64,000 nucleotides of DNA from an uncultured delta proteobacterium (GTDB lineage: Bacteria > Myxococcota_A > Polyangia > Polyangiales > Polyangiaceae): contig CAWHDJ010000018.1 of assembly GCA_963827955.1 (NCBI GenBank), forward strand, positions 1,117,297 through 1,181,296, in the 5' to 3' direction. Both the position numbers and the translations under genes were made by a program. Shown here one piece after another: positions 1-11,262 of this stretch (position 1 is the first letter of the stretch; each line of letters begins with the position of its first letter). Below the pieces are notes generated by a model that saw only the letters and a program-made list of their open reading frames with translations, was not told the origin of the DNA and ran no database searches.

Positions 1-249
1 ATGGCCGCCCTCGCCGGCCTGGCCACGCTGGCCGCCGGGGTGGCCCTGGTCCTCGACCACGCCCGGATGACGAGCCCGGGCGCGGGCGCCGCGGCTGCCC
101 TGGTGCGCGCGCGATCCGCGGACGGTCTCTTCGACGCGAGCACCCCCTTCCCGCGGCGCGGGGGGGAGTCGGCGCGCGTGGATTGCATCGCCTCGGCCCG
201 CGAGGCGGACCTCCGGCAGAACCGCTTCGCCGCGTGGGGGGTCCGGTGA
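1..249 (+). CDS. C-terminal fragment of an unknown protein (5' end lies outside the window)
   Basis: The ORF runs from the window edge to a TGA at 247-249. Its stop overlaps the GTG of the next ORF (GTGA), which suggests translational coupling. No recognisable domain. Confidence 0.3.
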   Translation: MAALAGLATLAAGVALVLDHARMTSPGAGAAAALVRARSADGLFDASTPFPRRGGESARVDCIASAREADLRQNRFAAWGVR

Positions 250-842
250 TCTCCTCGCGGCCGAGGGTGCTCTGGGTCGCGGCGGCCTTCGCGTCGGCCG
301 GCGTGATCGGCGCCCTCGCGTTCGTTCCCTTCACCCGCACGGCCTCGGCGGAGAAGCCCGCCGATTGCACCTGCGCGGGCGCCCACGTCGTCGACCCCAC
401 GCTCCTCGCCTTCCTCTCGAAGGCCCGCGCCGCCCACCACCGCGCCGATCTGCTGCAGGACGACGGCGATCTCGACCTGGCCATCGCCGCCCTCGAGCCC
501 GTGGTCGCCCCCCCGCGCCCCGGAGGCGCGCCGGAGGCGGACGAGGTGGTCGCCGATACGTACGCGCGGCTCGCGGACCTGAAGAGCGACCTCGGCGATT
601 TCGATCCGGCGCTCCGCGACGTGGAGGCCGGCCTCGCCCTGGCCGCGCGTCCGACGCACTTCCGCGGGCACCTGCTCGAGATCGAGGGCGTGGTGCTGGA
701 GCGGCGCTACCGCGCGCTCGACGCGATGGGCGAGACGGAGGAGGCCGCGCGCGTGAAGGCGCGGGCGCTGGACGCCTTCAAGGGCGCGATCGACGTGCAG
801 GAGCAGGTGATCGACGAGGCGCTGAAGAATGCCGGGCACTGA
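246..842 (+). CDS. hypothetical protein with an N-terminal membrane anchor
   Basis: GTG start at 246 overlaps the upstream stop. There is a hydrophobic N-terminal segment (RVLWVAAAFASAGVIGALAFV). GC3-rich codon usage. The stop overlaps the ATG of the next gene (ATGA). Confidence 0.4.
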   Translation: MISSRPRVLWVAAAFASAGVIGALAFVPFTRTASAEKPADCTCAGAHVVDPTLLAFLSKARAAHHRADLLQDDGDLDLAIAALEPVVAPPRPGGAPEADEVVADTYARLADLKSDLGDFDPALRDVEAGLALAARPTHFRGHLLEIEGVVLERRYRALDAMGETEEAARVKARALDAFKGAIDVQEQVIDEALKNAGH

Positions 843-1788
843 GCCCGGCCCCGCGGATCTCCGGGAGGGCGCCGCATGGAGCGCCCGCCAGCGCCTCAAG
901 AACGACGCCCTCCACGCCCTGGTGACGGGCGCGCTGGCCGTCGTCACGCGCCTGCCGCGCGGGATCGTGGCCGCCCTCTGCCGCGCGCTCGCCTTCGTGG
1001 CGTGGGCCGCCCTGCCTCGCGAGCGCGCCCTCTGCCGCGCCCGCCTCGAGGCGGGGGTCGGTGGAGCCGTCCCCGGCGCGCGGGTCCGCGCCGCGTTCCG
1101 CATGGCCGGCGAGACGCTCGCCGACACGCTGGCGCTCCTCGACCCACGCGAGCGCGCCGATCGCACGCTGGCGATCGATCCGGCGGGCGCCGAGGCGTTC
1201 CGCGCCGCCCTGACCGAGGGGCGCGGCGTCGTCTTCGTCTCGGCGCACCTCGGGCCCTGGGAGCGCCTCGCCGCGCTCCTCGCCGCCGAGGGCTTCCCCG
1301 TCGCCACCGTGGCGCGCGAGAGCTACGACCCGCGGCTCACCGGGCTCTACGACCGGCTGCGCGCGCCCCGCCGCGTGCGCTCCATCTACCGGGGGCGCCC
1401 CGGAGCCGCCACCGCCATCGTCCGCCAGCTCCGCGCCGGGCGCGCCGTCGGCTTCCTCGTCGACCTCCCCGCGCGCGTACAATCCGCCCCCGTGCGCCTC
1501 TTCGGCGTGGACGCGGACCTCCCCGTGGGCGCGGCGCGGATCGCCCTCGCCCGACGCGCGGCCGTGCTGGTCGGCACCGCCGGCGAGGGGATCGTCCGCA
1601 TCCGGCGCGTCGAGACGGCCGACCTCGCCGCGGGGGGCGACGGCGAGCGCCGCCTCATGGGCCGCCTCGCGGCCGAGCTCGAGGCGCGGATCGCGATCCG
1701 TCCGGAGGCGTGGCTCGGCCTCTTCGCGCCGCCGAGGCGGGCGCCCCTCGCCGTCCCCATCGCTTCTCCGGCCGCCGCCGTCGATTGA
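829..1788 (+). CDS. lipid A biosynthesis / lysophospholipid acyltransferase (LpxL/HtrB family)
   Basis: The 319 aa product carries the SAHLGPWE motif typical of LpxL-family late acyltransferases. Intact ORF. Confidence 0.65.
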   Translation: MPGTEPGPADLREGAAWSARQRLKNDALHALVTGALAVVTRLPRGIVAALCRALAFVAWAALPRERALCRARLEAGVGGAVPGARVRAAFRMAGETLADTLALLDPRERADRTLAIDPAGAEAFRAALTEGRGVVFVSAHLGPWERLAALLAAEGFPVATVARESYDPRLTGLYDRLRAPRRVRSIYRGRPGAATAIVRQLRAGRAVGFLVDLPARVQSAPVRLFGVDADLPVGAARIALARRAAVLVGTAGEGIVRIRRVETADLAAGGDGERRLMGRLAAELEARIAIRPEAWLGLFAPPRRAPLAVPIASPAAAVD

Positions 1789-1854
1789 TTGCGAAGCTCG
1801 GGAGGTTCCCGATAGACTCGTCGCGGGCGTCGCGGTGACGCGCGCTCGACGATC

Positions 1855-3472
1855 ATGTCCCGCGTTCCCAGGCTCTCGTCGGGCTCCCGGCCGCCCGACC
1901 TCACCCCGGAAGAGGCGTACCTGCTCTCGCGGGTCGACGCGCTGCTCGACGAGCAGGATCTCGCCCTGGTGTCGGGGATGACGCCGGCCCAGGTGGGCGC
2001 CGCGCTGGACCGGCTCGTGAGGCTGGGCGCCGTCGAGATCGTCCAGAAGGGCGCGCCTGCCGCTGCCCGACCGCAGCTCCGCCCGTCGGGCGTCGGTCCC
2101 GCCGTCACAGTCCCCTCGGGCGGCCCGTCGAGCGGGAAGCCCGGTCAGGACGAGGTGGTCGACCTGGAGCCCGAGCGGAAGCGGCGGGTGCACGACCTCT
2201 ACGAGCGCCTCGACGACGTGACGTACTACGCGCTCCTCGGCGTCCCGGCCCAGGCCGAGAAGAAGCAGATCAAGAGCGCGTACTACGCCCTCGCGCCCGA
2301 CTTCCACCCCGATAAGTACTTCCGCAAGAACCTCGGCGCGTACCGGCAGAAGATTCGAGGCCATCTTCGCCCGGATCACGCTGGCGCACGACGTGCTGAC
2401 GGACCGCGCCCGGCGGGCGGAGTACGACGGGTACCTCGAGCAGACGCAGAAGAACGAGAAGCTGTCGTCGGTCTTCGACGACGCGCCCCCGGACGTGACC
2501 GCGATCCTGGCCGCCGTGGAGCAGGCCGCCGCCCGGGCCGTGGCGGCGTCGGTGGCCCCGTCCGCCCCCGCGGCGCGCCCGTCGACCCCGTCGATGCCCG
2601 TGCCGCCGGGGGCTCGCCCGTCGACCCCGTCGATGCCCGTGCCGCCGGGGGCACGCCCGTCGACCCCGTCGATGCCCGTGCCGCCGGGGGCTCGCCCGTC
2701 GACCCCGTCGATGCCGGCCGTCTCCCCCTCGGGTCCGCTCCCGCCCGGCATCTCGCAGGAGGAGGCGCTCCGGCTCCGCCGGGAGGCGCTGGCCCGCAAG
2801 CTCGTCGGGGGCACCACGCGCCCCACCCCGGCGCCCACCCCCCGCGCCTCGGTCCCCGCGATGAGCGTGGCCGACATCGAGCGCGCGGCCGAGGCGATGC
2901 GCGTGCGGCGCGAGGCGGCCCTGGCCGAGGCGAAGCGGGAGCAGGTCGCGCGGCTCCTCGACGCCGGCGAGGCCGCCATGGCGCGCGAGGACTATGCGGG
3001 CGCGGCGAACTCCTACCGCCTCGCCGCGTCGCTCGCCCCGGACGACGCCGCCGTCCAGGCCATGTGCGCCGAAGCGCTCCAGCGGGCCATGGCCGCCCTC
3101 GCGGAAGGCTACTGGAAGCAGGCCATGTACGAGGAGGGGCAGGAGCGGTGGAGCGACGCGGCGCTCAGCTTCTCGCGCGTCTGCACGGGGAAGCCCGGCC
3201 ACGCGCTCGCGCACGAGCGCGTGGCCTTCGCCACCCTGAAGGCGGGGGGAAACGCGCGGCGCGCGGTGGACTTCGCGCGCAAGGCGGTCGAGCTCGACCC
3301 GAGGAAGCCCGACTACCACGTCACGCTGGGCCGAGCCTACGCCGCCGCCGGGCTGGAGAAGAGCGCGGGCGGTGAGCTGGATCGTGCGCTGGATCTCGCC
3401 CCGGCCGACTCGAGGGTCAAGGCGCTGGTCGCGGCGGCGCGATCGGCCTTGTCCAAGAAAGACGAGAGGTGA
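1855..3472 (+). CDS. J-domain (DnaJ-like) protein with a C-terminal TPR-like region; one apparent frameshift near 2350
   Basis: The J-domain signature YYALLGV..KKQIKSAYYALAPDFHPDKY sits in frame 1. It continues as FEAIFARITLAHDVLTDRARRAEYDGY in the +2 frame (ORF 2393..3472). The C-terminal part is TPR/Ala-rich and ends ...KKDER. Confidence 0.6.
2575..2732 (+). repeat. 39-bp tandem repeat, about 4 copies, inside the J-domain gene
   Basis: The unit gcccgtcgaccccgtcgatgcccgtgccgccgggggctc occurs 4 times. It encodes ARPSTPSMPVPPG repeated 4 times. Confidence 0.8.
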
Positions 3473-3559
3473 GCTAGCATGGCCCCTCGGTACGTTCTTC
3501 CCGGGCGGGCTCGCGAGCGAGCTCTCCTCCCCGACACTGAGAGCAGGAGCACGAGCTGA

Positions 3560-5390
3560 ATGGAGCGCGTCATCGGAATCGACCTCGGGACCACGAACTC
3601 GTGCGTCGCCCTCGTCGAGGAGGGGGTCCCGACGGTCATCCCCAACCGCGGCGGTTATAAGACCACGCCCTCGATGGTCGCCATCACCGAGGCGGGCAAG
3701 CGCCTGGTGGGGCACATCGCGAAGCGGCAGGCCATCACCAACGCGGAGAACACGGTGTACGCCGCCAAGCGGCTCATCGGCCGCAAGTGGTCGTCGCCCC
3801 AGGTGAAGAACGCGATCCTCACGGCCTCGTACAAGATCGTGGAGGGCCCGCACGGCGACGTGCGCATCCAGCTCCGGGACAAGACGTACAGCGTGCCGGA
3901 GATCAGCGCGATGATCCTCCAGGAGATGAAGCTCTTCGCCGAGGACTACCTCTCGGAGACCGTCTCCAAGGCGGTCATCACCGTCCCCGCCTACTTCAAC
4001 GACAACCAGCGGCAGGCCACCAAGGACGCCGGGCAAATCGCCGGGCTCGACGTCATCCGGATCGTCAACGAGCCCACGGCGGCCGCGCTCGCCTACGGCT
4101 TCGGGAAGAACATCGAGAAGACCATCGCCGTCTTCGACCTCGGCGGCGGCACCTTCGACATCTCCATCCTGGAGATCGGCGGCGGCGGCGTGTTCAAGGT
4201 CATCGCCACCGCCGGCGACACCTTCCTCGGCGGGGAGGACTTCGACGCCCGGATCATCGACTGGCTGGTGCAGGGCTTCAAGGAGCAGCACGAGGTCGAC
4301 CTGCGGCAGGACCGGATGGCGCTCCAGCGCCTCAAGGACGCGGCGGAGAAGGCGAAGTGCGAGCTGTCGGGCGTGATGGAGACGGAGATCAACCTCCCCT
4401 TCATCATCTCCAACGCGCGCAACGAGGCGCTCCACCTCCAGCGCACGCTGACCCGCGTGACGCTCGAGTCCCTCTGCGAGGACCTCGTGGAGCGCTGCGT
4501 CGAGATCTGCAAGCAGACGCTCGAGGACGCGCGCCTCGAGCGCGACGAGATCGAGGACGTGATCCTGGTCGGCGGGATGACCCGCATGGTCAAGGTGCAG
4601 GAGGCGGTGCGCGACTTCTTCGGCCGCGAGCCGTGCAAGGGCGTGCACCCGGACGAGGTGGTCGCCCTCGGCGCCGCCGTGCAGGGCGCGGCGCTCGTCG
4701 ACGAGTCGAAGCAGATGATCCTGCTCGACGTCACCCCGCACGCGCTCGGCATCATGACCTTCGGCTCCAACTTCGAGGAGCTCATCCCGCAGAACACCAC
4801 CGTCCCGACCAGCCGGTCGAAGATCTTCACGACGAGCCGCGACAACCAGACGGCGGTGAAGATCCTCGTGATGCAGGGCGAGCACGAGAAGGCGACGGAC
4901 AAGGAGATGCTCGGCGAGTTCATCCTCACCGGGCTGCGCCGCGCGCCCAAGGGCCAGGTCGAGATCGAGGTCACGTTCGAGATCAACAGCGACGGCATCG
5001 TCTCCGTGAGCGCCAAGGATCTCGGAGACCGGCCAGCAGCAGTCGATCCAGGTCACGGCCTCCAGCGGGCTGACCAAGGACGAGGTCGGCAAGATGATGG
5101 AGGAGGCCAAGGAGTACATGGTCGACCGCCGCGCCACCGACGAGTTCGAGGGCGTGCGCCAGGAGGCGGAGAAGCTCATCGCCGAGATCGAGCGGATGTT
5201 CCCCCAGGTCGAGCAGATCGTCGCCTCGAGCGACTTCGGCCGCGACGCCATCGGCAAGGCCCGCGGCATCGTCGACCGCTCGCGCCAGGCGATCGGCAAG
5301 AAGGACGCGGCCGCCGTGAAGGAGCAGATGGAGTCGCTCACGCGCACGCACCGCATGTTCAAGGGCGTGGTGGCGAGGCCCCACGGATGA
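3560..5390 (+). CDS. Hsp70 family chaperone (DnaK-like); one apparent +1 frameshift near 5028
   Basis: N-terminal IGIDLGTTNSCVA and DLGGGTFD motifs, then the substrate-binding domain. The lid domain (SGLTKDEVGKMMEEAKEY...) continues in ORF 5094..5390 after an extra G in ctcGgagacc. Confidence 0.8.
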
Positions 5391-5503
5391 ACCTCGTGGT
5401 CGCATGACCTCCGATCCGCCCGAGGAAGGCGCCGAATCCCGACGACGACGAAGCGGATCTGCCGCCGGCGCTCTCCGCCGGCCTCCGGCCGAGGCGTCCG
5501 GCC

Positions 5504-6559
5504 GTGGAGGACCGGGCCACGCTCGCGCCGCCGCTGCCGCACGGCGACTACGTGCGCACGATGATGGAGCTGGGCGAGCTCGACGACCCCTCGAGCGGCC
5601 TGGAGGACCCTCCCAAACCCTTGCCACAGGTGTCGCCGCTGCGCGCGCCGCCCCAGTTCTCCCTGGATCGGGACCTCCTCCTCGACGAGGCTGGCGACGA
5701 TCCCTCCGGCCGGCGCACCGCGACCGCCCCGCGCCGAGACGCCGCCGCGACCGCGCCCGTCCGGCCACCGTCCTACGCGCCTCCCTCGCCACGGCCGCCT
5801 GCAATCCGGCTGCCCGTCCCACGGGCGCCCAGTGTCCACCCCGAGGACGACGCCGATGAGATCGACGTCTTCGGCGGCCTCGATCCGCTCGAGGGCCTCG
5901 ATTTACCCGACGACGAGAGCTTCGCCCCCAAACCCCCGCCCGTGAACCAGGTCCGGCCAGGGCCCGCGGCCAGGCCCCGCGCCGGGGTAGGGGCCGCCGG
6001 GCTCCGGCTCGGCCGGCCTGCGCGACGCGACACGCCGACCGGCTGGCTCGGCAAGGGCGCGCCTGCGCCGATGTCCCCGTTCGACGAGCCCCGAGATCCT
6101 CACGGGGCCTCCCCACGACGACCCCGATCCTCCGGTGAGCGAGCCGGCGCCGATCTCGATCGTCGACCGCGCGCGAGAGATGCGGGTGCTCTTCGAAGCG
6201 GAGAACCACTCGAGCGCGCTCGTGCTCGCCGAGAGCGTGCTCACCAGCGACCCCGGCCACGAGGAGGCGCAGCGCTGCGCCGCGGCTTGCCGCGCGGTCC
6301 TCGCCGACAAGTACCTCGGCCGCCTCGGCGGCCCCCGGGTGATCCCGCGCCCGACCATGACGCCGGAGGAGGTCTGCGCCCTCGCGCTGGACCACCGGGC
6401 GGGCTTCCTCCTCTCGTTCATCGACGGCTGCATGTCAATCGACGAGGTGCTCGACGTCTCGTCCATGCCCGCGCTCGAGGCGCTCCGGATCATGTACAGC
6501 CCGCGAGCAGGGCGCGATCGAGAATCGTGGTGCCGGGCCGGCGGCCTGGGCGTCGATGA
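5504..6559 (+). CDS. hypothetical protein (acidic Pro-rich N-terminal region plus a conserved-looking C-terminal domain); apparent frameshift near 6100
   Basis: Frame 2 (5504-~6100) encodes an acidic low-complexity region (ELGELDDPSSGLEDPP...). The protein-like continuation SEPAPISIVDRAREMRVLFEAENHSS...MTPEEVCALALDHRAGFLLSFIDGCMSIDEVLDV is in ORF 6135..~6510. True boundaries are uncertain. Confidence 0.3.
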   Translation: MEDRATLAPPLPHGDYVRTMMELGELDDPSSGLEDPPKPLPQVSPLRAPPQFSLDRDLLLDEAGDDPSGRRTATAPRRDAAATAPVRPPSYAPPSPRPPAIRLPVPRAPSVHPEDDADEIDVFGGLDPLEGLDLPDDESFAPKPPPVNQVRPGPAARPRAGVGAAGLRLGRPARRDTPTGWLGKGAPAPMSPFDEPRDPHGASPRRPRSSGERAGADLDRRPRARDAGALRSGEPLERARARRERAHQRPRPRGGAALRRGLPRGPRRQVPRPPRRPPGDPAPDHDAGGGLRPRAGPPGGLPPLVHRRLHVNRRGARRLVHARARGAPDHVQPASRARSRIVVPGRRPGRR

Positions 6560-6619
6560 CCGGGTAGCCCACGCCATTTGGCTTTTGCCTTTTGTCCGTT
6601 GCCTTCTAGGCTCGCACCC

Positions 6620-8571
6620 GTGCGCTACCCCGTGGAGATCGTCGCCGCCATCGCCCTCTCGTGGCTCGCCCGGGATGCCGCGGGTCACGACGTCGCCGCC
6701 GCACCCTCCGCTCCGGCGGACCCGCCGATCGCCGCCGTCGCGCCGGCCACGATAGGCCCCGCGTTCGACGACGACGCCGCGATGGCGAAGGCGGCCGATC
6801 CGGTGGCGAGCTACACGCTCCACGCGTCGCTCGATCCCGTGAAGCACGTCGTCGAGGGCAAGGGGACGATCACCTGGCGCAACGCGTCGCGCACCCCGCA
6901 GGGCGAGGTCTGGCTGCACCTCTACCTGAACGCGTTCAAGAACGAGCGGACGTACTTCATGCGCTTCCCCGGGGTCGACGGGTTCCGCGGCGCGGGGACG
7001 CCCGGGGACTGGGGCCACGTCGACGTGAAGCGCTTCGCGATCGAGGGCGGCGCGGACCTCTGGCCCGGCGCCGACAAGACCTCGCCGGGCGATCCGGACG
7101 ACGAGACCGACATCCGCGTGCCGCTGCCCGAGCCGGTGCAGCCCGGCGCGACAGTACGCTTCGACGTCGCGTTCGAGGCGCACCTCCCCCAGCTCCTCTT
7201 CCGGACCGGCTACGTCGGCGGCTTCCACATGGTCGGGCAGTGGTTCCCCAAGCTCGCCCGGCTCGAGCCCGACGGGCGGTGGGCGCACTTCCCCTTCCAC
7301 CACCTCTCCGAGTTCTACGCCGACTTCGGCACGTACGACGTCACCGTGGACACGCCCGACGACGTGATCGTCGGCGCGACGGGGCAGCTCGAGGGCGAGG
7401 TGCGGCGACGACGGGCGCGTGGAGCGGCGCTTCGTCCAGGAGAACGTGCACGACTTCGCGTTCGCGGCGTGGAGCGAGTTCCGCGAGCTCACCGGCGTCG
7501 GCGAGGGGGGCGTCGCCCTCCGCGTGCTCTACCCGCCCGGCTTCGACCACGACGCCGAGGTCGAGCTCGACGCCGCGCAGTTCGGCCTGACGCACCTCGG
7601 CCGCGCGTTCGGGCGCTACCCGTACAAGACGCTCACGATGATCCACCCGCCGCCCGGCGCCGAGGAGGGCGGGGGGCATGGAGTACCCGACGCTGATCAC
7701 CACCGGCGGCGCCTGGTACTTCCCCTGGACGGGGGTGCGGCTGGTCGACATCGTGACCATCCACGAGCTCGGCCACCAGTGGTTCTACGGCCTCGTGGCC
7801 ACGGACGAGCACGGCTGGCCCTTCCTCGACGAGGGCATCAACTCGTACGCCGAGGTCGACGCGATGGAGGCGCGCGATCCGCACACCTCGGCGATCGGCG
7901 CCCCCGGCCTCTCCATCGACATCGCCGCCGTCAACCGCGTCAGCGCCGCCGAGGCCGAGCGCAACGCCAGGGTCGCCCAGCCGGCCTCCGACTACCTCAG
8001 CGGCCGCGACTACGGCGCGCTCGTCTACGCCCGCACGGCGACCATCCTCGACACGCTGGCCAACGTCTACGGCAAGGACGAGGTGCGCCGCGCCGTCGGG
8101 CGCTACGCGCGCCGCTACCGCTTCCAGCACCCGGGCCCGGACGAGCTCCTCCAGGCGGTGCGCGAGGTCGTCGGCGCCGACGCCGCCGAGCAGCTCCGCC
8201 GGGCGCTCTTCGAGCGCGCCACGGTCGACTATGCCGTCGGCGACGTCACCTCCAAGGCCGACGGGGACGGCTACACCGGCAGCGCGCTCGTGCGCAGGCG
8301 CGGCGCGCTGCGCTTCCCGGTCGACGTCGACCTGGTCGAGGAGAGCGGCGCGGTGCAGCGGGTGCGCTGGGACGCGGTGGAGAGCGCCGCCCGCCTCCCG
8401 TTCAAGGGCAAGAGCAAGCTCGTCGCGGCGGTCATCGACCCGGAGCACCGCGTCCTGCTCGACGACGATCTCGCCAACAACGCGCGTGGCCCCAGGTCGC
8501 GCGTCTCGGGCACACTGCTCGATCGCTTCTGGTTCGCGGCCGAGGCCTTCCTCGGGGGGCTCTTGCCATGA
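6620..8571 (+). CDS. M1 family zinc metallopeptidase (aminopeptidase N-like); two apparent frameshifts (~7405 and ~7670)
   Basis: Signal-peptide-like N-terminus. GAMEYP (GAMEN-like) exopeptidase motif. HELGH-X18-E gluzincin motif (VTIHELGHQWF...FLDEGINSY). Pieces lie in ORFs 6578.., 7419.. and 7678..8571. The 7670 shift is in a GGGGGG run. Confidence 0.75.
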
Positions 8572-9534
8572 CCGACGTGGACGAGGAAATCGCCGCCCTT
8601 CCTGCCGCGAGCGCCGAGAACGCGGAGCCACCGAGCGCCGCGAGCGCGGAGCCCACGAGCGCGGAGCCACCGAGCACCGTGAGCGCGGAGCCACCGCGCG
8701 CCGCCTCGCCGGCCGCGCACCGCCGCCTCGGCCTCGTCGGCCTGTTCTACGGGTACCGCGCCCTCGCGGCCCTGATCGTCGTGCTGCCCGCCGCGCTGAT
8801 CGTCGGCAGCCCCGTCTCGGCCTGGCCGCGCAGCCAGCGCGCAGCTCTTCGATCCGGGCGGCGTGATGCTCGCCGAGGCGCTGCGCGTGAACCTGCGGGC
8901 GATCGAGCCGACCGCGCTCGCGGCGCTCTTGGTCGCCGCACTCGCCCTGATCGCGGGCGTGCTCCCCCTGGCCGCCCTCCTCGTCGGCCTCGACCGCGCA
9001 GGAAGGCTCCCGCGGGGGTTCGTGGCGGGGCGCGCCTTCTCCCACGCGGGCACGCTCGCGCTGCTGTGGGTCGTCGCGGTGCCGGCGCAGGCGATCGCCG
9101 CCGCCCTGATCGCCATGCTCGGGGGCAAGCTCGTCGGCGCACTGGACCTCACGGCCCGCGGCGACAGCCTCGGGAACGCCGCCGTCGTGGCCGTCGCGCT
9201 CGGCGCCGCCTGCGCCGTCGGCGTCCTCCGCGACCTCGCCAGCGCCGCGGCCGTACGCGGCGACCTCCGCTTCTACTCCGCCGCCGCCTCCGCCCTCCGC
9301 GTGGGGCGCCGATCGGGTGGGCGTGCGCTCGGCGCCTGGGCGTACCGCGCGTCGCTCGGCGCCGCCGGGCTCGCGCTCGCCGCGTGGCTCGCCCCATCAA
9401 TCACCACCGCGTCGGCCTGGGCGATCGTCGCAGGCTTCCTCCTCCACCAGGCGGCGGTCGCCGGGGACGCGTTCGCGCGGGCGTCGTGGCTGGCCGCGGC
9501 GATGCGGCTCTACGACGCCGGCGAAGCTCCTTAG
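8568..9534 (+). CDS. hypothetical polytopic membrane protein; apparent frameshift near 8830-8860
   Basis: ATG at 8568 overlaps the peptidase stop (ATGA). The N-terminus has an AEPPS-type repeat followed by several Ala/Leu-rich TM helices. It continues in ORF 8863..9534. Confidence 0.4.
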
Positions 9535-9573
9535 GGTGCCGTAACGCGGGGCATCCGGCGACGCCCTGACTGT

Positions 9574-9623
9574 CGCCGGCCTCACGGCCGGCGTTCGAAT
9601 CCGCCGCGAAGGCCGCGGTTTTT
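9574..9623 (+). terminator. tandem hairpins; the second is a GC stem plus T5 intrinsic terminator
   Basis: First hairpin: cgccggcc-tcac-ggccggcg, a perfect 8-bp stem at 9574-9593. Second hairpin: ccgcg-aaggc-cgcgg followed by ttttt at 9604-9623. Both lie directly after the 3' end of the + strand gene. Confidence 0.5.
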
Positions 9624-9916
9624 CCTGGGTCTCATGGGGCGGAAAGACTCATGCCTCGTTGAATGCGTCCCCGGCGAGCCGTTGCGGAGGGTATGAGCGT
9701 CTAGCTCAGGACGTCGGTGAGCACGCCCCTCAGGGGGCGGGCACCGCGGGTCCGTAAACTGGATCCCCGCGGCGCGGATCAACTACCCTCCCGGCGTCAA
9801 GTCAGATCTGCTTTTGCACGGATTCGCGCGTCGTTGGCACTTTTCCGTGTACCAGCCCGGCCATGTGCCTGTAGTAGAGGCCCAGCGGCGCGCGAGCGCC
9901 TGTAACGGAGAGGGGT

Positions 9917-11021
9917 ATGATCCGAAGAGAGAACATCCGAAACATCGTGGGTGCGGGCCTGGTTGGCCTGCTCGGTCTGCCCGTCTTTGCGGGCTGCGGT
10001 GGTGAGAACCCGCCCCCCCCGCCTCCGCCCCAGCCGACCGCTGTCGTGGTGGCCCCGCCGCCCCCGGCGCCCCCGCCGCCCCCGGCGCCCCCGGCGCCCC
10101 CGCCGCCCGCGCCGCCGCCTCCGCCCCGCGTGGTCGTGAAGGACAACTTCGTCCATCTGAACGAGGAGATCCTCTTCAAGAGCGGGTCCGCCGACATCGA
10201 CGCGAAGTCGGACGAGTTCATCAACTACATCGCGTTCATGCTCCGCGAGTACCACGCCATCGACTTCATCGAGGTCGGTGGGCACGCCGACAAGACCGGC
10301 GTCGACGCCGACAACCTCAAGCTGACCCAGGCGCGCGCGGACGCGGTCGTCAAGCGCCTGGCCTCCCTCGGCATCAACCCGAAGCGCCTGCGCGCAGTGG
10401 GTTACAGCTCGTACTGCCCGATCGATCCGGCCGATAGCCCCGAGGCGTACAAGAAGAACCGCCGCGTCGAGCCGCAATCCTCCGCTGGCACGGCAAGGAC
10501 ACCGGCCTCAAGTGGGACGGCTGCGACGCCGCCCTGGGGCACAAGCTGAAGCCGGTCGCCATCCCGGCGACGGCGCCCAGGACCATCATCAGGATCAAGA
10601 AGGGCAAGATTCCGCCGCAAGGGCGCCCAGCTCCTCTTCCCGGACAAGGTCCACTTCGAGCCGAACAGCGCCAGCCTGACGGACGACGCGGCTCCCGTGC
10701 TCACGGAAGCTCCAGGTCTTCCTCATCGCCAACAAGGCCGTCAACAAGGTCCGCATCGAGGGTCACACGGACTCGCCGGTGAACACGCCCGAGATGGTGG
10801 CCCTGTCCAAGGCCCGCGCCGCGGCGGTCTCGACCTGGCTCGCGAACCACGGCGTCGACCCGAGCCGCATCCTCCCCGTGGGCTGCGGTTCGAACCGGCC
10901 AATCAAGGGGCCGGGCGGCGCGATCGACCACGACGCGAGCAAGCGCACCGAGGTCTACGTCATCTCCGAGAAGGGCAAGGCGCTCGCCGGCCCCGCGGTT
11001 CCCCCGGACTGCGAGCAGTGA
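9917..11021 (+). CDS. OmpA-family lipoprotein with a Pro-rich linker and two OmpA-like (peptidoglycan-binding) domains; at least three apparent frameshifts
   Basis: Lipoprotein signal with lipobox FAGC and RBS ggagagggg. Domain 1 (SGSADIDAKSDEFINYIAFML...NRRVE) and domain 2 (KGAQLLFPDKVHFEPNSASLTDDAAPVLTE / LQVFLIANKAVNKVRIEGHTDS...KRTEVYVI) are spread over three frames between 10470 and 10780. Confidence 0.7.
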
Positions 11022-11042
11022 TCGCTTGATTGGAAGGGGCCA

Positions 11043-11066
11043 CCACCGGGTGGCCCCTCTCCGGTC
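11043..11066 (+). terminator. GC-rich hairpin after the OmpA gene
   Basis: ggggccac-caccgg-gtggcccc, a perfect 8-bp stem. It lies between convergent genes. Confidence 0.4.
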
Positions 11067-11262
11067 TCGCCCCCGCCACTTTCGATCCCCACACGTCTCA
11101 GCCCCTCGGGGCGCTTCCCCTCCCGTCGCCCTGACGGGCCACCGTCACCACCACAGCCAACCGAACCGCGCGCGCGAGCAAGCGGTCGGAGCCGCGCGCG
11201 TCAGCAAGCGCCCGCGCCATGCCCGCTACGCCTGCACGGCGTCGCCACGGGCACGGTTCGCA

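Noticed and set aside
3473..3559. CIRCE/HrcA heat-shock operator upstream of Hsp70
   Set aside because: Only a short GC palindrome (gctcgcgagc) is present. There is no match to the TTAGCACTC-N9-GAGTGCTAA consensus.
778..5839. Very long minus-strand ORFs (778..2979, 2270..5839) and similar giant antisense ORFs elsewhere (for example 28099..30930 -, 28845..31000 +, 39067..41085 -, 19478..22102 -, 22109..24475 -, 12590..15301 +)
   Set aside because: Their products are Arg/Ala/Gly/Pro-rich low-complexity strings, antisense to well-supported conserved genes. They are typical stop-codon-poor artefacts of 70% GC DNA.
9591..9606. GTTCGAATCC motif, which resembles a tRNA T-arm
   Set aside because: No acceptor stem, D-arm or anticodon arm can be folded from the flanking 80 nt. 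The motif sits inside and after the terminator hairpins at 9574-9623.
9640..9916. Sigma-54 promoter upstream of the OmpA gene (TGGCAC...)
   Set aside because: The GG and GC elements are not at the required -24/-12 spacing; after TGGCAC the -12 position reads TG rather than GC.
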